From Lytechinus pictus (taxonomy: Eukaryota): 64,000 bases of DNA. A program made the position numbers and the translations under genes. This document shows, in pieces, positions 54,632-64,000 of the stretch; position 1 is the stretch's first letter; the number at the start of each line of letters is the position of its first letter. The stretch is from positions 24,182,001 to 24,246,000 of the forward strand of contig NC_087251.1 in the NCBI RefSeq assembly GCF_037042905.1. The letters are read 5' to 3'. The notes under the pieces were generated by a model that made no database searches, was not told the origin of the DNA, and saw only the letters and a program-made list of their open reading frames with translations.

Positions 54632-54777
54632 GTAGCATCTTCTGCAGTCATGGTGTACAGTAGCATCTTCTGCAGTCATGGTGTACAGTAGCATCTTTTG
54701 CAGTCATGATGGTGTACAGTAGCATCTTCTGCAGTCATGATGGTGTACAGTAGCATCTTCTGCAGTCATGGTGTACA
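54632..54777 (+). repeat. Minisatellite, 5 copies of a 28/31-bp unit GTAGCATCTTCTGCAGTCAT(GAT)GGTGTACA
   Basis: Directly visible head-to-tail copies without spacers. Confidence 0.95.
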
Positions 54778-56011
54778 GTGGCTGTCGGTAAGAATGAGAC
54801 GTGTAGGATAATAATACCCCGTATTGCGGTACTATCTGCTTTTTTTTTTAATTCATAATTGCTACCACTGGCAGACAGATGAGGGACTTGAGGGCCATAT
54901 CGACCCCGAAATTTTCATGACTAAGGGAAAAAGGGATAAAAAGAAAGAAAAGGTAAGGGAAAATGTGATACATGATTATCACAAATTAGATTTTTGTATA
55001 AAAAGTAAAAGGTTATTTGGATACTAAACATTAATAGTTTTTCTCTTTTCTATTAAAAATATCTTGATATCTGGACCAATTTGAATTGATGCACGTAATC
55101 GTAATGTGTGCAATCTAGAACGTGGATTAAACAATCAAAATTTAACCACCCAGCGCGATGAATAATCATAATTATAATACCCATAAATCAAGCTTTGCCA
55201 ACATGCAAAAAAGTTTGTGGGTAGATCCAAAGCAATAAATCTCACTCCCTTGTCACCTACCGGAAGAGTAACACATTTTGCGGTATATAATCTGAATACC
55301 AGTAATTAAAATATGATTATTCACACACCAGAGTGTGTGTCTCTTCTAAATAAAGTCAGTGACATTCTTATTTCATCTAATTGTAAGTCAGTAACAGTAC
55401 TATCATCTTCTACAACTCTATACGCTTGTCTGTATTGCGATGCGTAGTTCAACATAATGAATTAATGTTTCCACTAAATCATAAAAAATGAAAAGTATGG
55501 AGTCGATTTCAACTTAAAATTTTACTAAGCAGGAAGCAGTAATATGAACTTAATTCTATAATTGTCCATGTGCAAGATCAATCTTCTCCAAATAAAAAAT
55601 AATAATCTGAATACCATCAGTTATTAAGATCACAGAATGAAATCATAAATCACGGTTACCCTTTACATTCATTTCATACATGTATGATAATGACCTTTGC
55701 ACGAACATTATTAAAGGCACACCTGTTCACCTGCTTCGGTGTTTAAAAAGAAAAACCCATTATACATTGTCGATTCACTTCATAAACCGACAAAATATCG
55801 TCGCATTATTTTATTACCAGGGTCGTCGCGTGGCGGCGTCGTGTATTGATATTGCGATATGGTATCTAGTTTTACAAGGCCTCAAGCAAAGTTTGTCTGT
55901 TTAATGCCCGTGTTTGCCATAAGTAAATTTCAGTGTGTCATGTAAGATAAATGTTTAGTTTCAGTGTAATATAGGACAAGATACTTCAAAATTTATCATA
56001 TTCATTTATCA

Positions 56012-56038
56012 TTACTACTACTACTACTACTACTACTT

Positions 56039-56084
<46 letters not shown>

Positions 56085-56089
56085 CACTA

Positions 56090-56120
<31 letters not shown>

Positions 56121-56204
56121 CACTACTACCACTACTACTACTACTACTACTAATGCTACTACCTCTATACCACAACAACTACTACTACTACTACTACTAA
56201 TACT

Positions 56205-56237
<33 letters not shown>

Positions 56238-56316
56238 GCTGCTACTATTACTACTATACCACTACCTTTACTACTACTACTACTACTACTACTAGTAGTA
56301 CTATACCACCACCACC

Positions 56317-56357
<41 letters not shown>

Positions 56358-56398
56358 CACTACTACTACTACTACTACTGCTACTACTACTACTATAT

Positions 56399-56467
<69 letters not shown>

Positions 56468-56483
56468 CACTACTACTACTACT
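56012..56483 (+). repeat. Compound (ACT)n/(ACC)n microsatellite
   Basis: Directly visible. Confidence 0.98.
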
Positions 56484-57016
56484 CGACACCATCATTGATT
56501 ATGCCTACGATACTCGATTGATTTGTATAGAATTGACAGATTTCTGTGGATCATTAATAAGACCATTAAGTCAGATAAGAGCTATCATCATTCATTTATA
56601 ATTTCATTTTTCTGCAAATTCATCGACTGCATTTTACCCAGTTACTTTGAAAAACATATGGTAAAGCAATGTCAAAGTTCAAAGTTACATAACTTAAGAT
56701 GATAATTCACATATGTTTTGCATTATATTCGTAAATAATTAATTAAGTAGTTCTCCTTCTAATAACGAGTTAAAGTCATACGTTCCTGAACACAGCTACA
56801 GCGACCGAGCAAATAACTTTTGACCCTTGACCCCCGGTCCCGTCTATTGTCTCCATGAAAATATTCAGCAAACAAAAGGCGCACGCTCGCGCACCTGCCC
56901 GCTGAACTAATAGCACATAAAGGGGCTTATGTTAAGTACTCAGGACTCGTGCCAAAATCGACCCTATGTTTACTCGACCAAGTCCAAACGCACAATTTTA
57001 TCGTTCTTCTACTTAA

Positions 57017-57619
57017 AGGACAAGTCCACCCCAACAAAAACTTGATCCGAATAAAAAGAGAAAAATTCAACAAGCATAACACTGAAAATTTCATCAAAAT
57101 CGGATGTAAAATAAGAAAGTTATGACATTTTAAAGTTTCGCTTCATTTCACAAAAGAGTTATATGCACATCCCGGTCAGTATGCAAATGAGGGAACTGAT
57201 GACATCACTCACTCACTATTTCTTTTGTATTTTAGTATATGAATTATGAAATATTTTGATTTTCTCGTCATTGTCATGTGAAATGAAGTTTTATTCCTCC
57301 CTGAATACGTGGAATTCCATTATTTTAACATTTTGTGGTTTAGGCAAGGAGATCCTAATTGTCAAATTCGTAAAAATTTAGATATTGTATAATTCAAACA
57401 ATAAAAAACAAAAGAAATAGTGAGTGAGTGACATCATCGACTCTCTAATTTGGATGTAACTGGCTCGTTCATATAACTATTTTGTTAAAAATAAGCGAAA
57501 ATTTGAAATGTCATAACTTTCTTATTTTGCATCCGATTTTGATGAAATTTTCAGCATTGTGCTTGTCTGATTTTTCTCTATTGATTCAAATCAACATTTT
57601 GTTGGGGTGGACTTGACCT
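57017..57619. mobile_element. Kolobok-like non-autonomous DNA transposon, family A copy 2
   Basis: TTAA at 57013-57016 and 57620-57623; long TIRs; close to 10622-11234. Confidence 0.88.
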
Positions 57620-57959
57620 TTAAAGAATTGAACTTGAAATCCGGCAGTTAAACCATAAGAACGCTTCTAAAGGGGCTACAGTCATGCTGTACGTTTTGTT
57701 TTTGAATGGCTCTCTCTTTCGTCAAATTTAAACCTACATGTTTGTTTGTTTATCTGAACGACAAAACACGATATAAACTAGAATGTAAAGAAATAGAAAC
57801 ATACTGAAACAGGTATTTTGTTTTAAGAGGAAAAAATGGCATAGGCATGATTTAAAAAGTTTATTGACAAACTTATTAATGCTCATTCAGTTCTATTTTT
57901 CAGTTCCTAATTTTTTTCAACAGGTTTATCAAAGCTGCGTAGCAACGATATTGATGAAA

Positions 57960-58180
57960 ATAATATTAATGGTATTATCTATAATGATGATGATAATAAT
58001 AATAATAACAATAATGATAGTAATAATAGCAATGATGGTAATATTAATCATCATCATTAGTAATAATAACAAGACTCTGAGAAGAAGAATAATAATAATA
58101 ATAATTATAAGATTATAAGTAACAACAATAATAACGATGATATTGATAATGTTGTTGACAGGGGTCATTATGATAATTAC
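57960..58180 (+). repeat. Degenerate (AAT)n microsatellite
   Basis: Directly visible. Confidence 0.9.
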
Positions 58181-61100
58181 AATACAAATGTTGAAAAATC
58201 ACAATTACATGATTTTCTGCTATAGGCTAGATCGACGCATGCGCAAACATTGCTTGGTAAAATATCTAATTTTCTCCTCTAATAGGAACTTCACCACATC
58301 AGTTCATAAATGAGTAACACATTATTGCGTATATTTATTGATTCACGGGGTCTAAATGCAATTTTATTGTGGTTAGAATTTAATACTTCCTCACTTCACT
58401 ACCCATCCATGAAAATTGTTTGTTTTCTAAGCTTTATTGTGGGAAAGAAAAACAAATATGAATCTAACAAAACATATAACTGCAAATCAAACAAAATGTT
58501 CCCCAATCTCACACCACAGAACAATAACTCTGAAATGGTCCGTCGAATTTTTTTTCCGGGAGTGAATGAAGCAACAAATGCCATATGCACGGACATTTCG
58601 AACTCACTTTTGAAGAAGAAAAAAAGGCTTACATCCTGTGTGCATGAGTTTGATGCGATTTTCAGCATTTTGATTAAATAAATTTTTAAAAACGGTTCAA
58701 AGTCCAACAGTAAAATGACATAGAAGACTAGTATACACACTGATATATGCCTATAACAAGCAAAGACTATATATAAGTGGACAATGTTTATCATCGATAT
58801 TAAACAAAATAACTCAATCTTGAATTGACCAGTTCGGTATTTATTACCTCATGGGCAATTTTGGTCAAATGACCTTTCATTTTTTTACATTCATATAATG
58901 ATAGGCAGATTTCAAATCAAGATATTATGCAAGCATGCCTTACATAGCAGGATGCATAAATTGTATAGACTAGCAGAACAGCACACCAATGAACACTCTA
59001 TGAAAGTACTTGTCACGTGTAGTTGCTGTAACGATGTACTTGGCCAACTGTGAAATACCAGTCGTTAGTGGACGCATTTTTTTTTTCTCGATCTAATGAA
59101 AAACAAAATTCAAAAGAATATAATGAATAATCAAGACATCAACATTGGTGCTTATCTCATTAGATATTAAACCACTATGTCACTTTTTCGTCCGAATGAC
59201 CTTCTTCTGATCATGCGCAGAATGGAACTCCGAACTGGCTTATTGCTTTTATTCATTCGCTCAACTTTGTTTACAAGGTACAGAGGGTTTCGACCTGTAT
59301 GAGATTCACTACTTTTTACAGCAGCGTTCGACCACAACCTCGCTGATGGGGGAAGTCATAATGAAACATAAACATAAAGACACCTCAGAAGATTACAAGA
59401 AAATATGGAAGATATAATAAGTTTGGTACACATTGCCATATTATCACTTTAAAGGATTAACTCTGAGCTCGGCAAGTGTCCGAAATGCTACAAGCTAAAA
59501 CAAGCACCAAAAACGTGCGTTAACGCAAGAAGAATGCTGGGATAAAAGAAAAATGTCCCGCGCACTCGCACTTGTCCCCTTCAAAACACGAAGATCACGT
59601 TGCTGCAAGAACGCACAAACACCTCTGATTATTCTTTAAAGAGGAACGCCGCCAAGTTTTCAAAATAACGCTCCTTGCTCTTAAACCAGAAATGTATCCT
59701 CACAAGAAAAAGACAGAAAAGGGGAGAACTGTCACGCGCCCGGGAGGTATGAAAGATGAATAAAGAAAAGTGAGAAGAAAAGTGAGTCCAAGTTCGTGTA
59801 ATATGAAGGGTTTGTCGATCGCCGCCCATCAAACTCAGTGCCCTGTTAACCAACCTGCTGTGTAGCTATAAAAGAACGCTCTTATTCCGTCTAATTGTGC
59901 TCAGCAGGAATCGTAATAATCATTTCCCATGCCACTATAAATATAACCGATGGGAATTATGAAAAGAAATAATAAATACATCACGGAACGAATCACTCAA
60001 GTTTTTTTTCACCCTTCAATGTACCGCAAGCAAGACTCCAAATAAACATGATCAGCGACTGAACCACATTATCGTGATTACGTCACCTATGTGATGGTGA
60101 TTAAGAATTATAATGAGACTGAATTGACCACTGATGGTATAATAATTTAGTAAACTTGTGGCCAAATCGTATATAAATGAATAAAAACAAATCTCACCAC
60201 CTTTGTTACGTTAAAATAATGTTCATCGAATAAATGAGTGTTTATAGGCCTTTCGTGGATGGCCCCGCTCATTCCAATTGCTGTTATTTACAATGGACTT
60301 ACATTTATTCTGATTTACTAATTAACAAACGTAAATCGTGATAAAGTTGGTCTTCGTTCAAAAAAGTGGGGGGGGGGGGGGGGGGGGGGGCTTCACCACA
60401 GCCCCCGGTTCCGCGGCCTCTGACTTTGACCGTATTATATATCTTCAGAGAAATTATGGTAGGATCTCTTGCAGGAGTCCAGGTCCAGATGTTGGGTCAC
60501 AAAGTTGGTGTTCTTTACTCACATGTATAAGCAAGCATCGACTTTAGAAAGAAATTTTAAAAATCACCCTAATTAACTATTTTACAGGCTAGACACGTGT
60601 CCGTGTACCTGTGTTTTAATTTATTACCAAGGGTTTGCCTGTCATTTGACTTGTCTCAGGTCATGAGAAAAGCTATATCCGCAAAGGAAATCAAGGTGTG
60701 TTGTAAGAAGGAGACCGCATGTCGCCGGATGTTCATTGGAGGTGTCGACTGCGGCAGCCCTTTTAGATCGGCTGCAGGCTACCACCACTAATTGCTCTCC
60801 AACCATGACCCAAACCCGTATGGAAGAAACTTAAAGAGAAAACACACCTAATATACAAAATTGTCAGAAGAGACCTGGGGTTGAAATTCGATTAAATATG
60901 AGACTTTCAAATACTGATTGCTCATCTCATAAAAAACAGCCCTCGAAAAATAAATCGACTCCCGGACCTTGTAACACCCTTAAGGATTCCACCTCTATAC
61001 ACACACTATAACATTCGAAAAGTTTAAAAACTCCGAACGAAAATGTATTTGAATAAGTTAATTATTAAATATTAGACTTTGTCAACTAAGTTAAATTACA

Positions 61101-61640
61101 TATTGCTTTGTAATAATCAAATATATGATATTGGACTACATACTATATCTTAAACACATAAATTGACAAAATAATTGTGCTGAGAGTCGACTTCGTGGCA
61201 GTTAACATGGTTAACTCAATGTCTCATTTTGTGACAACTAACATGACCGATGAAAATGGAACTTTAAATTTAAAGATAAAAGTTTTGATCGCAAACGTGA
61301 CCCCAACCAATCAGTATGTAATCGTTTTCATGGTTACAAAAAGAATGGGCTATATTCAATCACTTTTGCCGGATCCTTTCCAAGTTTGGTTGTCTTGTAA
61401 GGGTATCGTTCTACTATACCCCGCTATGAACAGATGAAATCGTGTTATTGCTAGGTTTCGACACCCGCCGGTTCACCTTATGATATATTTACTTGATACA
61501 ATTAAAACTTACTTGATTGGAACCCAAAGGCATGTATACTATTTGTGTAAATTAATCTTTTGACAATATTCAAAGAGTGAAATCGATTTGTGATGAATTA
61601 TGATATCCTCGATGTGAAGGGTAAAGGGGCAGTTAATTTA

Positions 61641-62492
61641 AACAAGTGGAACGCCTCTGGCAGTCTCGCCTGCATCACGCGATTCGATATAGCAACAGTG
61701 CTGACTTTCAAAACAGCTCATGAATAATAATTCACATAAGAAAACATTCATGATAATAAAATACTATGTCCATTGACCCAAAAAGACCTTTGACCATGAT
61801 CATGTGACCTAAGATGTGTACAAAACAGTCATTCACATTTGATTACCATTGCGTCTATGCTTCATGGCCTAGATCCATAAACTTTCTAAGTTATGATGCC
61901 AATTCAACAAATACCCCAACACGGTCAAAATTCATTGACCTTGCATGACCTTTGATCTTGGTCATGTGACCCGAAATGCGCACATGATATTCAGGGATAC
62001 AAGGCTGCTCATATGTCCAAGTTTCATGAACTAGATCCATACACTTTTAAGTTAAGATAACAATTCCACAAATGCCCTCAACATTACCAAAGTTTATTGA
62101 CCCTTAATGACATTTGACCTTGGTCATGTGACCTGAAACTCGCACAGGATCTTCAGGGATAATTGATTGCTCTCACGTCTAAGTTTAATGAACTAGATCC
62201 ATAAACATTCAAAGTTATGATGGTAATTCAACAAATACTCCCAACATGGCCAAAGTTCATTGACCCTAAATGACCTTTGACCTTGGCCATGTGACCTAGA
62301 ACTCATGCAAGATGTTCAGTTATACTTGATTAATCTTATGTCCAAATTTCATGAACTAGGTCTATATACTTTTTGAGTTATGGTGTCATTTCAAACACTT
62401 AACCTTCGGTTAAGATTTGATGTTGACGCCGCCGCCGCCGGCGTCGGAAAAGCGGCGCATATAGTCTCGCTCTGCTGTGCAGGCGAGACAAA
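61641..62492 (-). mobile_element. Intact Helentron-associated (HINE/DINE-1-like) element with central ~163-bp tandem array
   Basis: Read on the minus strand: T-run start, subTIR GTCTCGCCTGCA with nearby inverted GCGAGAC, (GGC)n microsatellite, about 4 monomers, 3' subTIR TGCAGGCGAGAC, end CTTGTT; no TSD. Confidence 0.8.
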
Positions 62493-64000
62493 AACGACTG
62501 TACAATACCTTGTTTCTTGTTTCGTTTCTGTCCTAGATTTCGAAGTTTTGTGGTTTGTTTTTGTACTGAATCTTGAATCGTGCTATCGACCTCCAAGCTA
62601 TAGGCCCAACATTGCATAGAGCTTGGGCGTCAACGGCTATGAAGAGAGGGGTATTAGCGAGGGAACGAAGCGAGCGACGCTCACGATCGAAGGGGAGGGG
62701 TGCAACACCCCATGGTAGCAATGGCGTAATGACCCCAAAATATTGAGGGGCCAAACATGGTGTATGGATAGAAAAGAAATAAAAGTCGAGAGCAAGTGAA
62801 GCGAGCGAGCAAACGCTTTGACCTTCGTGAAACGAATCGCTAATTTTGTGACAGAATTTACAGTATTCAAAAATAATATATGATACCTCTTTCCTGTCAG
62901 TTTATTTACTTTTTTTTCATATATTCCTCGGTGGTTTTGGGGGGTCATGTCCGCCCAAATCCCCCAACCAACCTAAAGGCAGTGCACAGTAAGTTGTTGT
63001 TGCATTTCTCATTCAAAATAATGCAATTTTATGCATATTTACATGGTCTTTTGTCTGAAAAGTGGGGTCAACCGTTAGCGACATGAGCGAGGGGGGGTGA
63101 GATCCTTTTGCATTTCTTGCTTGGAGTAATGCAATTTGGTGCTTTTTTCTACTTCAAATGCTTCTTTTTTTTTCTTTCAAGATACAAAGTAACTGACAGG
63201 ATACTTCTGATTAAAAAAATGAGGGACAAATGATATGGTGCCCCATTCCCCCGCCTGTTGACGCCCAGGCATGCAAAGAGCTATAAACAATGGTATAATG
63301 GTATACTCTGGGTAGCGTCATTCAAGGCAACGAGTGAGAAAAGAGAGTATGTTTCACCTGTTGACATCACATAGTGGACATTTCTAGTTTTAAATACGGA
63401 GTCCTGTTTTTTTTTATTTGGATAAAGCGAAGCGAGCAAGCAAGGAAAAATATCTTTCAATTCTGTCACAGACTTTGCCTTGAAATGAAGTAAAACAACC
63501 AGAAAGTAAATGAAATTTGATGACAATTATTGTTATGTTAAATAATCTAAATGATCTAGCCCCCCCCCCCCCCGCCCCCAAAAAAATCCTTTCAAACTTT
63601 CTTGGGCTGCTGACCAAAAACTGTACCCCGGTGGATTAGTTGTAGGAAAAGCTTTGACTTTCTATTTCATTTTTATTTTTAATTTAAATATCACCGATTC
63701 CTATCCTATACTGGCTTTTGTATGTAGGAAAATACAAGTAATTCATCACTCACAGAAGCCTTTGTCTTTAAAATCGTCAACCTTAATATTTATTTCCAAT
63801 CTAGGTTTACTTTGTTTCTATATATTTCGTATTATTTTATCTATTTATGTAATTTTGTTAGTGTATCATATTTGCTTCATTTAATTCTAATTTATTTATT
63901 TTGCATATGTATACTGGGCTCTTTTGTTAAGCAGGGCTTTTGGCACTGAAAAGACTACCCTGTTGTTGTTGTGTTTTGTTAATATCGATCGCCATTCCGG

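Noticed and set aside
54632..54777. CRISPR-like 28-31-bp repeats
   Set aside because: No spacers, no cas genes and a eukaryotic context; this is a minisatellite.
59920..59960. Su(H) paired site
   Set aside because: The half-sites are imperfect and tail-to-tail rather than in the canonical head-to-head arrangement.
40200..64000. Conserved miRNA genes or Delta/bHLH coding exons
   Set aside because: By eye I found no known mature miRNA in a hairpin and no DSL, EGF or bHLH peptide in any frame.

Overview
AT-rich, repeat-dense eukaryotic DNA from an invertebrate animal. A sea urchin or other echinoderm is likely, inferred from the repeat landscape and not proven. I can support one protein-coding gene: a minus-strand FAM120B/SAN1-like PIN/FEN1-family nuclease with four coding exons (29838-28506, 28098-27818, 26298-26092, 17463-17392; about 630 aa), plus an unlocated 5' non-coding exon and an intron just after the stop codon. 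Its introns and 5' flank are packed with non-autonomous DNA transposons (Kolobok-, hAT-, Harbinger-, Tc1-, MULE- and Helentron/HINE-like, and CCCGGG-ended elements), LINE/SINE remnants and microsatellites. The gene-free region from 40 to 64 kb carries eight co-oriented TCGCGTGCC (GGCACGCGA, Hairy/Hes-type) motifs, six of them within 790 bp and interleaved with E-boxes. Vertebrate FAM120B is the head-to-head neighbour of DLL1, so I infer this is the upstream regulatory region of a Delta gene lying beyond the right edge. Nearly all other ORFs in the track look spurious.
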